DNA of 36,089 bases from a virus (Duplodnaviria; Caudoviricetes): the IMG/VR virus record IMGVR_UViG_3300037785_000007, positions 1 to 36,089 of that record, one strand, 5' to 3'. The notes beneath the pieces were generated by a model. It saw only the letters and a program-made list of their open reading frames with translations. It was not told where the DNA came from and did no database searches. Position 1 is the stretch's first letter. Each line of letters starts with the position of its first letter. Shown piece after piece: positions 8,543-18,161 of the stretch. A program made the translations under genes and the position numbers.

Positions 8543-9565
8543 TCAGACTATACTACCCCAAACCCCACCAGTTGGGCCGTTAGAGAAAAATAGAGTGTTT
8601 CCATTTTTCCTGATCGCAGGGCCTCCGGCACCACCAGGAGCCCAAGCAGAGGCTCCACCCGCAGCGCCCCAGCCGCCACCACCGCCTGCTCCGAGGGAGC
8701 CGTTAGCGTTTCCACCACCAAAATAACCAGAGCCACCTGCACCACCGCGGTCGCCAGCGCCAGCACCACCGACACCCGGGAAGACGCGCCCGCCGCCTGC
8801 GCCCGAGGACCAGCCATCTTGTTCTTTGCCAAGGCCATCGACGATCCAGCCACCGCCGCCGCCGCCAGCAGTCCCTCCAGTTGGTGCAGGGTACCCGTAT
8901 GAAACACCGTTCCCACCAGCTCCACCAATGCCGCCTCCAGCACCACCGGGCTGAGAGACCCCATATCTTGGGGTGTAACCAGCGCCACCATTGCCACCGC
9001 CAGCGCCACCACCACCGCCTCCCCATGTTTCGGTCTGCGCCATGCCACCACCACCGCCACCACCGCCGCCAATGTTGCCGTTATTGTATATTGTCGCAGA
9101 AGTAGATTGGAGTTCTAGACCTGTGCCGCCTGGATTGCCCGGCATTCCACCGTAAGAGATGCCTGCACCATCACCACCTCGACCCATGATGTTGCCATAG
9201 TTGTAGATCGTGATGCCGTTGGGTAAGTATCCAGTTCGCAACCCAGCAATGCTGGTCGAAGATGACCATATGTAGACCCCCGGGTTAATAGTAAGAGCGA
9301 TTGGCGCTACACCGTCCCAGCCCCTAGCAGCGAGATAGCTACGGACTTCTAGGTTTTGAACGTGGCCGGTTATGGTGTACTCGAAGAGTTTGGCGCCTCC
9401 GTAGAACTGACTTAGCGCTATAGAACCAGAAGTTGGAATATTTAAGTTATTGGGAGTGACAAGCCCTCCACCACGATAATACTCACTCAGAGCAATAGGA
9501 TTAGACCCACCAAACTCGGTCTGGATCTGAGAAAAAGCTATTGGGCCGGATGACTGTAGTGGCAT
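8543..9565 (-). CDS. gp38: gp38-like glycine-rich receptor-recognition adhesin (340 aa)
   Basis: Multiple GGGGG/GxGG runs separated by short variable loops; IYNYGNIMGRGG and NNGNIGGGGGGGG motifs; C-terminal GGAGGPAI...GGVWGSIV. It follows a fibre gene, as in T2/T6-type gp37-gp38. Confidence 0.8.
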   Translation of the reverse strand: MPLQSSGPIAFSQIQTEFGGSNPIALSEYYRGGGLVTPNNLNIPTSGSIALSQFYGGAKLFEYTITGHVQNLEVRSYLAARGWDGVAPIALTINPGVYIWSSSTSIAGLRTGYLPNGITIYNYGNIMGRGGDGAGISYGGMPGNPGGTGLELQSTSATIYNNGNIGGGGGGGGGMAQTETWGGGGGGAGGGNGGAGYTPRYGVSQPGGAGGGIGGAGGNGVSYGYPAPTGGTAGGGGGGWIVDGLGKEQDGWSSGAGGGRVFPGVGGAGAGDRGGAGGSGYFGGGNANGSLGAGGGGGWGAAGGASAWAPGGAGGPAIRKNGNTLFFSNGPTGGVWGSIV

Positions 9566-10383
9566 TATACGGACCCGTAAGCAACGATGTTCCCGACTAC
9601 AGTAAGGTTACCAGAAGCGTCGAGCTTCATCTTGTTGACGTTATTAGAGACAAAGTACAGAACTCCTCCACTCTCTGTTATGGCCCAGTTGCCCAAGTAT
9701 ACAGTCGTCGCGTTTAACGTGGACGCAGAGAAAGCTTGAGAACCAGATCCCGCAAGAGCCGCTTTGCCGTCTAGCGCGGTTTGAAGTCCGTCTACGTTGC
9801 TGATAACGTGCGCGTGGCTGTCATCGGCAACCGTCGCCGTGATCGTGATGTTAGAAGATCCATCGAAAGCCGCTGAGCCGGAAACGTCTCCATCTAAGGA
9901 GATGGTTCTAGCCGTGGTCAGTGTGTCAGCGTTTGGATGATACCCATCGTGGAAGACAGCGTTGCCGCCAGTGGTCAGGGTTCCTGCTGAGAAGCTACCC
10001 AGAACGCTCAGAGCGTCAAAAGACGCGACGTTGGCGGTCAGTTCACCCTGTACGTCTACGTCTCCGCCGATGGCCAGCGCAGCGCCAGTTGGGTCTAGGC
10101 TGTCCATAGAGACCGCAGGGAGAGTCACAGAGGCGCCCGTGAACTCTACGTTAGCGGTGACTTCTACCGTACCATCTGTCCATCCGGCGATGGTGTCCAC
10201 ATTGATCGTGTTAGCGGAGACGGCTCCAACCACGGCTACGTTTCCGGTCGTGCTGCCAACCGTTACGACGGTGGACGCCATATCCGAGGCGATGTCGTTA
10301 GTCAGGTCGACCCAGTCTTCAAATGTGCTGGTAACGACTCCAGTCTTGACTAGAAGCTTAGCTGTGTAGGTATTGTCTGCCAT
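9565..10383 (-). CDS. Short fibre/needle protein (272 aa), likely carrier of the adhesin
   Basis: The ARTISLDGDVSGSAAFDGS..DDSHAH..DGLQTALDGK module is shared with the long fibre. C-terminal KMKLDASGNLTVVGNIVAY. Translationally coupled to the gp38-like gene (TAATG). Confidence 0.75.
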   Translation of the reverse strand: MADNTYTAKLLVKTGVVTSTFEDWVDLTNDIASDMASTVVTVGSTTGNVAVVGAVSANTINVDTIAGWTDGTVEVTANVEFTGASVTLPAVSMDSLDPTGAALAIGGDVDVQGELTANVASFDALSVLGSFSAGTLTTGGNAVFHDGYHPNADTLTTARTISLDGDVSGSAAFDGSSNITITATVADDSHAHVISNVDGLQTALDGKAALAGSGSQAFSASTLNATTVYLGNWAITESGGVLYFVSNNVNKMKLDASGNLTVVGNIVAYGSV

Positions 10384-10586
10384 TAGTTAACCATCTTTCC
10401 GAGCAATGCTACTATCTCGTCCAATTTGGCTTCGATAGAATCTACCTTTTCCTCGATTGTATTTATACGCTTCTCCTGAAGCATGATAGTCTTTCTGGCT
10501 TGTAGCGCTGCCCTATTCTTATTGAGCAGCGCCATGTTTTTAGTATCTCGGCTATACTGGTCGATCTCGGTGTTAACTAGGGTCAT
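10383..10586 (-). CDS. Small coiled-coil hypothetical protein (67 aa)
   Basis: Overlaps both neighbours (ATGA and TAATG); heptad pattern RINTIEEKVDSIEAKLDEIVALL. Confidence 0.75.
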   Translation of the reverse strand: MTLVNTEIDQYSRDTKNMALLNKNRAALQARKTIMLQEKRINTIEEKVDSIEAKLDEIVALLGKMVN

Positions 10587-13500
10587 GTGACTGCTATTGC
10601 CCTCATGTCTTTGAGTCTTGCGGATCTGCCTGTTGTGCTACTCAAGAAGACGATCTTGATCGCGAACTTCTTGAAGTCTCGGTAGATGGCTCCAGTTTCA
10701 TCGGTATAGTATATCTGGTCTTCACCCGATGGAATATACGCACCCTGAGAAGGGGTCGCGCCGAGATAATCGACACGAGGTATGTTGTACTCTAGCTCGC
10801 GGTAATCGAACCGGTTCGTTGGGTTAGAGAACAGGTTGGTCTCAGGTTTGATAGTCAGCTTGGTCCATTCGATGTCGTTGAAGGCTCGAACGTCGAACGC
10901 AGACTGGAACTTACCGTAGACCTCGATGTCTCCACCACTTGGACGGAACGCACCAACTAGAACTCGCAAGTCCAGAGCATCTAGCCCGTCGCTGAGAAGA
11001 ACCGACTTCGAGATGTACTTAGAAGTCGCGTCTCCGTCGTTCGTGTATTCGAACGTTGGCGATGGGTTGTTGACTAGGTACTCATAGACGACGATGTTAG
11101 ACGCCTTGTGGTCGATCATTGGCGATGTCGCAGCTAGGGTACCATCAGGCTCAATAGCCATCTGGATGTTTACCTCGAACGACTTGGTACCGCCATCATC
11201 TAGAATTTCGTTCGTGCGGCTCTTGACATATACTGGCGAAGCAGTAAAATACGTAGAGTCGTTGAACTTGATATTGTACGAAGTTCCCTCGATGGAGACC
11301 AGTGGCTTAGTCGAAGTTCTGGTGAAGTTCGCTCTGGTCAGGTTTGGCTGGATGTAGCTGACGACTTGGTCGGTGACCGCAGTGATCGTAGCAGTAGCTT
11401 CACTGTCTAGGCCAACGATTGTGGTGTTGGCCTCATAGTACTTGCTCGCACTTGCAGTGGAGTCATTCACTACCAGAATCGCTGGGTCTCTTGGATTGAA
11501 GTACGACACGCGCCCGGTAAGCGTCGTGTAGAACTGCGAAGCCGTAGATGTCGATTCGATCTGAGGTACGGTTGCTACCAAAGAGGTGTCGCTGACGATG
11601 TTCGCGACCTTCGCCATTCTCTTCTTGCCTGAAGAAGAGGTGTAGACGATCCAGTCTCCAACGTTTAGCTCCGACTCGAAGGCTGTGGAAGAACCTACGA
11701 TTGAGGTGTTTCCAGCTACCGCAGAGATCGTCCCGCTGAGGTAAGAAGCCGACCCATCGATGTAGACCTGTTCGTCGTTGTCGAAGGAACCAACGAAGTC
11801 CGATACCGAGAGGAACTCGTTATCGCGGTTCGTCAGCGTAGCGGTACCACTGTACGTGGTGTAGTTAGCCCGATACAGAGTGAATGTCAGGTTCTCAGCC
11901 TGGTATGGCGACCAAGCTTTGCCGTTCGTAGAAGTGAACAGGACACCTGCGTTCGTGTCTTGGGTGATGCTGGTACCAGTCGAGATATCTACCTCTCCCG
12001 TGCGCGCGATCCAGACACGATAGTCTGGATCGTTAGCCTCAGGGATGACTACGATAGCATACTCGGTCTCGGTCTTCAAGGTCACTGGGCTGTCAAAGAC
12101 TACTTCGGTTGCGATGAGGCTAGACGAAGAAGCATTAACTTCCGAGGCGCTCAGATGCTTACGCGAGAACGGTACCGTCTTACCCGATGGGTAACCATTG
12201 ACGGTCTCCACGAGGATCACGTTAACGCCGTTGTTGACGTTAGACTTGCTGGAGAAGTACAGGTCGACCTTAGTAATCATGACTGAGGTGTCGTTAGACT
12301 CTTCTCGGTCGATGATGAACGTTTGGGCGATTGGGTCCGAACCCCCACCGCCAGCAGGCGCTGCGGCAGCAGGCTGGCTAACCGTTTGAGTGTCCTGGGC
12401 GATGTCGAACGTTGGGACGCGAGTCGAAGTCTGTAGACCAGTTCTGGTGTACGAGAAGTTGAAAGCGTTGTACGAACGAGACGCGTAGGAAGTCGCGGCC
12501 GACTTCGAGGAGTACTGTGGAACGTCGAAGATTTCCAGCAGTCTTTCCCCGACGTTGAACGTCTCGGCTGGAATCTTGAAGACCGCGTATAGCGCACCCT
12601 CAGAGTTTGATGTCACCACAGCACCGTAGTCGCTGGACTTAGAAACTTCGCCAGATACCAGGGTTCCTGCTGCGATGTGAGCGTTGACGTCCTTGCCATC
12701 GAAGAAGAAGTAGAACCGGGTGCTTGGACGCAGACCAGTCGCCGAAATCTGAATCTCACGCGAACGCATGAACGGGTCAAAGCGAACGTCCGTTACGAAG
12801 TCGCCGAGACTGTTGGTCAGTACTTGAGATCCCTGAGCTAGAGACGTGACCGTCGTCGTAGTCGTAGTGCCCGCAGTCGTTACTTCCGTGCGCTGGAGAG
12901 GAACGAACTCGTTAAGCGCTTCGGTGAAGTCGGTGAACGTGCCAGTTAGGTCTAGACCAAAGTTGACGTCTGGTGCTACTGTGATGTCTGGGGCCGAGTC
13001 GTACTCGGGCACCAACTGCATAGCGCCTGCGTACTTGTAGAAGTCGGTCGTGCAGCTACGAACCGAAGTAGCGTAAGGCTGGTCTAGAACCTCGACGTCG
13101 GTCTTGGCGAAAGTTATCGTGTCGCCGTGGTCGACCAAGCCCGAAGTCAGGCTCTTCGTTTTGAGGTCTAGGTAGTAAGCTCGGAACTTTGGAGTCAACT
13201 CCTGATAGCTTGGGTCGAGCGCCGCGTTGAACTCTGGGTTCGTGACCTCTGCGATAGCCAAGTTCGTGAAGTTGTCTACAAGGATGCCGTTCTTGAAACG
13301 ATCCTGACCAGCCAAGTCGGTGATCAAGAGATCCTTAGTGTCTTTCTCCAGCAGGTTCAGAGAGGTGTAGTACTCCAGGTTGCGAATACGGGTGTCGAAT
13401 CGCCCGATGTCGCGCATGGTGTAGCGACGGTTGTTTTCTAGAGAAACCGAGACACCGTAGTCTGGCTTACCTGCGCGGTTCGCTGCTACCGAGGATAGCG

Positions 13501-16018
13501 AAGGGAATGGCGGAACGGAGATGTCCGCAAGAATCATACCCTTGGTTGGGGTCGATGGAATGCCAGGAACGTCAGCAGGTTCTCCCTGAGCGATGACGAA
13601 GTTTCCATACTCATCGATGAACAGACGGTCGTTGCGTCCCAGGTAGTAGTCGTAGGATACTTCAATCGACTCGTTAGGCGCAGGAAACTTGATCAACGAA
13701 GAGAACGACAGCGTGGTCCCAGGATCCACAGTAGCCGATCCTACGCTGGTCGCGTAAGCCGCAGTGTTAGCCGCGTGAGGACGGAAGTCGATAGCGTCTC
13801 TCAGGTAAGCGACCTGACCATCTTCGCAGATATGAACTGGGATCTGCTCGGTGCGAATCTTGTTCGCTGGAAGCGGTACCGTCACATCATCTACTGGGTA
13901 GCTGTTGACGCAGAAGAAGGTCGACGCGGATCCAGTCTCTCGGAATGCCTTGAACTTGAAGACCAGGTAGTTGCCAGCTGGTGGCGTGTAGCTACGGCTA
14001 GCGGTCACATACGACAAGCCGTAGTGAGTGCATTTCTGGTTGTTGTGTAGCGTGAAGTTGGTCGTGACGTCTGTGTAGCCAGTGGTGTAGTCCCCGTTGC
14101 TACCAACCGTTACCGACTCTAGAGAGAACGCGTCTGGAACGCCGAGGGTCCATGGACCGTCTGGAGAAGTATCGGTGTCGTGGATGACGTAGTAGGTTCC
14201 AAGCTCCTTAGTTCTGGTGCTGGAAGCTGAAATCTTCGCCTTGTGGTAGATGGAGATTTGCGTACCAGTTGGAACCGAAGCTAGCTCGATGGACGCGACC
14301 GTAGCGCCACTAGAGATGGTTACCGAAGAGATGTCGATGACCGCACCACCTCCAGCGTCCTCGTCGATGACGATGAAGTCTCGCTCTTGGTCCGAGTTAA
14401 GAACTCCATCCGAGTACGGGAACGTTTCACCAGTTAGAGTCAGAGTAGCTGTGTTGGCGACAGGAGCCGAGATCGTGCTCTTGTCCCGGTGGACAAAGTC
14501 GGTGTCCCCGCCGTTGATGGTCTTGATGAACCCGCGCCCGATTGGGTACAGGGCTTTCTTGAACGAAGCGTCTTTGAGCACAGGTACGCCGTTCTCTAGG
14601 ACTAGCGTAGCGTTCTCGTCGGCGCCATTGTAGATTGAACGAACGTCTTGGAATCGCTTACCCGAAGCTAGCTCAATCTCGAAGATGTAGAGACGGAAGT
14701 TGCCGTCCGCTTGCTTGGTGATGCTGCGAACTCGGCAAGAACCGATGACGTTGTTCGAACCGTCGCGCAAGTTAGCTTTAGCGAAGAGGGAGAAGTCGAA
14801 AGACAGCGTCGAAGCAGACGAGACTACGACATAGTGGCCGAAGTTAGCCACGACGTCCTGAGCATCTTCAGTGTCGAAGGTGTCGGCGTCTGGTATGTTG
14901 AGGACCAAGTTGTTGACCAACTCGACTCGCTTACCTTCGACGTAAGCTACACCAGGCGAAATGGTGACGTCTAGGAGGGAGGTGTTAGCGGTGTTCTGTA
15001 TCACCTTTACACCGAAGTCGTTGACGGTGTAGTTTCCCGACTCCTCGTAGGTACGCTTCTCAATCATCTTTTCGATGGCATTGTACTGCGTGGTCAGGCG
15101 ACGTCGAATGACGCGACCACCCTGGTACTCCTGAATAGCGAAGAACGTCTCGTCAGCCTGAGCCTCTGCTTTAGTCAGAACTACCAACGCAGGGGTCAGC
15201 TTTAGACGATCAGCACCAGGCGCGTTCTCGTTTGGAGAACCCTCGGCGTTGTCGAGCAGGTCTGGATCTTGGTTAGAGTTGATGAGCGCTTCGGCGGTTC
15301 GGAAGCCGACGACTACGTCCGTTGGAGTAGTCGTGTACTTGGAGACTATGGTGAGACCGTCTTCGAAACGAATGAAGTGGCCCTTCTGGTAGATCAAGCC
15401 ATCACCGCAGCGAACGCCATAGCCATTACCGACTGCAGGGTAAGTGTCCCCAGCCGACTGTGAACCAGCTACCGTTACGCGGTGAACTAGGATGTCGTAC
15501 TGAGACGTTACCGTGTTGAACTCGAAGATGTCTAGTTCTTCGGTCGTCGAGAAGGTACCGACGTTGACGGAACCAGACTGGGCGTTGTTGATGTACTTGA
15601 CGTAAAGAGTGTTCTTCTCTTCCTGGGTCTCGAAGCCGTTCGTAGCAAAGACGACGATGGCCTCAATCCCAGTGGTTCGACCAACTGCTTTCGCGCCTAC
15701 GTAGGTTAGTGGCGTAGCTTGAACAGTAGTACCACCCGAGTTTTCCGCGTTGTCCAGGATCTTCACGTAAGGGAATGGGTTCACTTCAACGAAGTTACCG
15801 CCAGTTACGATGGATCCTTCTTTGATGATGTTGTTACCGAATCGCTCAATCTGATTCTGGAGAATCGCTTGAAGCTGGTTCAGTTCCCGCGCTTGGACAG
15901 CCGTGCTTGGCTTGAACAGAACGCGGTGGTAATTCTTTTCTTCGGCGGTTAAGTTGTCGCCGTTATTCGCGAAATCGTCCCAGTAGGGATCCGCGTTGAA
16001 ATTGGTGTTAAGGCTCAT
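10583..16018 (-). CDS. VrlC-like / DUF4815 giant virion (baseplate-associated) protein (1811 aa)
   Basis: PYWDDF...NYHRVLFKP...VQARELNQLQ, NAPGADRLK, RTYEESGNY, RYTMRDIG...LEYYTSL, RFKNGILVDNF and DPIAQTF motifs; positioned after gp8. Confidence 0.9.
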   Translation of the reverse strand: MSLNTNFNADPYWDDFANNGDNLTAEEKNYHRVLFKPSTAVQARELNQLQAILQNQIERFGNNIIKEGSIVTGGNFVEVNPFPYVKILDNAENSGGTTVQATPLTYVGAKAVGRTTGIEAIVVFATNGFETQEEKNTLYVKYINNAQSGSVNVGTFSTTEELDIFEFNTVTSQYDILVHRVTVAGSQSAGDTYPAVGNGYGVRCGDGLIYQKGHFIRFEDGLTIVSKYTTTPTDVVVGFRTAEALINSNQDPDLLDNAEGSPNENAPGADRLKLTPALVVLTKAEAQADETFFAIQEYQGGRVIRRRLTTQYNAIEKMIEKRTYEESGNYTVNDFGVKVIQNTANTSLLDVTISPGVAYVEGKRVELVNNLVLNIPDADTFDTEDAQDVVANFGHYVVVSSASTLSFDFSLFAKANLRDGSNNVIGSCRVRSITKQADGNFRLYIFEIELASGKRFQDVRSIYNGADENATLVLENGVPVLKDASFKKALYPIGRGFIKTINGGDTDFVHRDKSTISAPVANTATLTLTGETFPYSDGVLNSDQERDFIVIDEDAGGGAVIDISSVTISSGATVASIELASVPTGTQISIYHKAKISASSTRTKELGTYYVIHDTDTSPDGPWTLGVPDAFSLESVTVGSNGDYTTGYTDVTTNFTLHNNQKCTHYGLSYVTASRSYTPPAGNYLVFKFKAFRETGSASTFFCVNSYPVDDVTVPLPANKIRTEQIPVHICEDGQVAYLRDAIDFRPHAANTAAYATSVGSATVDPGTTLSFSSLIKFPAPNESIEVSYDYYLGRNDRLFIDEYGNFVIAQGEPADVPGIPSTPTKGMILADISVPPFPSLSSVAANRAGKPDYGVSVSLENNRRYTMRDIGRFDTRIRNLEYYTSLNLLEKDTKDLLITDLAGQDRFKNGILVDNFTNLAIAEVTNPEFNAALDPSYQELTPKFRAYYLDLKTKSLTSGLVDHGDTITFAKTDVEVLDQPYATSVRSCTTDFYKYAGAMQLVPEYDSAPDITVAPDVNFGLDLTGTFTDFTEALNEFVPLQRTEVTTAGTTTTTTVTSLAQGSQVLTNSLGDFVTDVRFDPFMRSREIQISATGLRPSTRFYFFFDGKDVNAHIAAGTLVSGEVSKSSDYGAVVTSNSEGALYAVFKIPAETFNVGERLLEIFDVPQYSSKSAATSYASRSYNAFNFSYTRTGLQTSTRVPTFDIAQDTQTVSQPAAAAPAGGGGSDPIAQTFIIDREESNDTSVMITKVDLYFSSKSNVNNGVNVILVETVNGYPSGKTVPFSRKHLSASEVNASSSSLIATEVVFDSPVTLKTETEYAIVVIPEANDPDYRVWIARTGEVDISTGTSITQDTNAGVLFTSTNGKAWSPYQAENLTFTLYRANYTTYSGTATLTNRDNEFLSVSDFVGSFDNDEQVYIDGSASYLSGTISAVAGNTSIVGSSTAFESELNVGDWIVYTSSSGKKRMAKVANIVSDTSLVATVPQIESTSTASQFYTTLTGRVSYFNPRDPAILVVNDSTASASKYYEANTTIVGLDSEATATITAVTDQVVSYIQPNLTRANFTRTSTKPLVSIEGTSYNIKFNDSTYFTASPVYVKSRTNEILDDGGTKSFEVNIQMAIEPDGTLAATSPMIDHKASNIVVYEYLVNNPSPTFEYTNDGDATSKYISKSVLLSDGLDALDLRVLVGAFRPSGGDIEVYGKFQSAFDVRAFNDIEWTKLTIKPETNLFSNPTNRFDYRELEYNIPRVDYLGATPSQGAYIPSGEDQIYYTDETGAIYRDFKKFAIKIVFLSSTTGRSARLKDMRAIAVT

Positions 16019-16027
16019 CGTTTTCCC

Positions 16028-18148
16028 TTAAAATTCAACAACGATTTTCAGGCGCTCAGTTTGATCTACCTGTCTAGTGATACCTGACATATTCTCTACG
16101 AATAGTATCTGCCCTGTATTCACGGTATAGTCACCTTGCGTGATTGTATTTATAGTAGAGGTTGCACCGCTTGTAGAACCAGTTACCAGACTTCCAGTAG
16201 AGAAGTCTCCTCGTACCTCGGTAGCGTATATCGTGTTATTTGCGTATTGATGAACCACAGCCGTTGTGGTTCCCTGCGTTATCGTTTCTCCGACAACGAA
16301 GCTGGTCGTTGGTGCGCTCACCTCTAGAGCTAGGCGCGCGTCAAAGACCTCCGTGTTAGCCATCGACGGGTTGCGAATCAAGCCAAAGCGGTAGTACTCG
16401 CCTTCGGTTGGCAGGTCACCATTGAAGTCTACCGAGATGCCCACCTTGTCAGCGAACAGTTCGTTCTCCAGATCCGCGCCATGCCCACCTGGCGGTGAGA
16501 TGATTGCGCGCGCGACCGCAGTGTTGGCTTGGATTACCGTGTCGGTGTTCAGGTCTATGATACCAGTGTTTCCCGTGATTGCGACGTTAGCATAGGAATA
16601 CCCGGATCCTGGGTTCACGATTTCGATGTCTCGAATGCCGTTGTTTCCAGGATTGATGTTAGCTATGGCTACGGCCCCGGTACCGTCTCCAGTGATGTCC
16701 ACGGTAGGTAGAATCTCGAAGCGAGAGGTAGAGTCTAGCGTGGTGCTGAAAGCGCTCTCTAGCGTAACGACATGCTCGCTGCCGACGATGTTGTAAGCCG
16801 TGATCTTCTTAGCTTGCCCGCGTCCAGTTCCCTCTCGAACGAACAGAGTCGAGCCCGTGTAGAAGTTGGTGTTCGCTGATAGGTTAGGAGCGAGGATCGT
16901 CTGTATGCTGGTCGCGATTCCACCAGCCAAGAGGTACTGGTAGTAGGTGTCGCTGTTATCCATGATGTACGGAAGAAGCGTCCCCTCGATGTAGGTCGCG
17001 TAAGTCGTGCTGTCTGCGATGTAGTCGCGAATGCCAGTGAGGTCAGCAGAGTTCACGTTTCCATCATTGGTCAGATCCGCGAGAGGACGCCCGCTGATTT
17101 CAGTAGTGATGAATAGCGCGACCGCTGTAGAGTCTCCAGCGATAGCGTTCTGGATGCCCTGTTCCAGCGCGTTCAGGTTCGCCGTGAACGAAGTCGTTGG
17201 CTTGGTAGACAGCACGAACGTATTGGCGCTAGAACCAAACCAACCATTAGTCAGGTAGTAATCGGCGGCGCTATCGATCATTACCCTTGCGCCGTCGGTC
17301 GAATAAACGGTACCGACTTCTTGGTATAGAGCGCTATTAGCGGTTGCGATAGTCTCGTATATCGTGTTGGAAGAAACTCCGCTAGCGAACTCATATACCA
17401 CCACAGTATCGCCAACTGCGAATTGCGAGGTCTCAATAGACACACCAACGTCTAGGATATTCTTCCGCTCTTCGGTCTGAATAGCAATCTTCTTGGAATC
17501 AGAATCGACACCAATTCGAGCGATAGAGCCATAAGCATAGCTGGCATATCCAGAACCAGAAGATTCTACGAATATGTCTTCGATGGCGCCAGCAACGGCG
17601 AATGGTTCCGAAGAGGTATTGGCGTCGTGAATCAGAGGAGCGTAGCTAGCCGTTTCGAACTTCTCAAACTGGGTTCGCTCAATAGAGCACATCGCTTTCC
17701 AGTGATAGCCATCAGCTAAGACGTAGTGGTCATCATCGAAAGCGGTCTCCGCGAATAGCGGTTTGTCGGTCGAAGCGGCTCCGTTATTGTTGCTCAGGCA
17801 TTTCCAGATGTAGTAGTTCGGACCCTCGAACGTGACGACGAAGAAGTTCTTGGTGTTCAGGTCGTTGTCTTCGTGGTCGTACTGCGCGTACACTGTACCA
17901 GACGTCCAGTCGTGCTTTCGAACCATGAGGGAGACGTCGCTATCCGAGACTTTGCGCCCGAACAGAATCTCCCGAGAGATGGTGTAGAACGATTCCTGAA
18001 GAGATTTCCCGGGAGTCGGCACCGTATTGGACGAAAAGTCTTCGCTCTTAGCTGCAAATACAAAGTGCTCGTTTCCAGAAGCTGTCAGAAGGCTATCTCG
18101 AAACTGAGTAGCTATCGCGACGTCTAATTCGTTGGTGAATGTTCGCAT
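16028..18148 (-). CDS. gp8: Baseplate wedge subunit gp8-like (706 aa, with a central insertion)
   Basis: WTSGTVYAQYDH, YIWKCLSNNNG, DGYHWK, IISPPGGHG, GLIRNP and C-terminal GQILFVEN...E.LKIVVEF motifs; follows gp7. Confidence 0.85.
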   Translation of the reverse strand: MRTFTNELDVAIATQFRDSLLTASGNEHFVFAAKSEDFSSNTVPTPGKSLQESFYTISREILFGRKVSDSDVSLMVRKHDWTSGTVYAQYDHEDNDLNTKNFFVVTFEGPNYYIWKCLSNNNGAASTDKPLFAETAFDDDHYVLADGYHWKAMCSIERTQFEKFETASYAPLIHDANTSSEPFAVAGAIEDIFVESSGSGYASYAYGSIARIGVDSDSKKIAIQTEERKNILDVGVSIETSQFAVGDTVVVYEFASGVSSNTIYETIATANSALYQEVGTVYSTDGARVMIDSAADYYLTNGWFGSSANTFVLSTKPTTSFTANLNALEQGIQNAIAGDSTAVALFITTEISGRPLADLTNDGNVNSADLTGIRDYIADSTTYATYIEGTLLPYIMDNSDTYYQYLLAGGIATSIQTILAPNLSANTNFYTGSTLFVREGTGRGQAKKITAYNIVGSEHVVTLESAFSTTLDSTSRFEILPTVDITGDGTGAVAIANINPGNNGIRDIEIVNPGSGYSYANVAITGNTGIIDLNTDTVIQANTAVARAIISPPGGHGADLENELFADKVGISVDFNGDLPTEGEYYRFGLIRNPSMANTEVFDARLALEVSAPTTSFVVGETITQGTTTAVVHQYANNTIYATEVRGDFSTGSLVTGSTSGATSTINTITQGDYTVNTGQILFVENMSGITRQVDQTERLKIVVEF

Positions 18149-18161
18149 GTTACCTGTCTAC

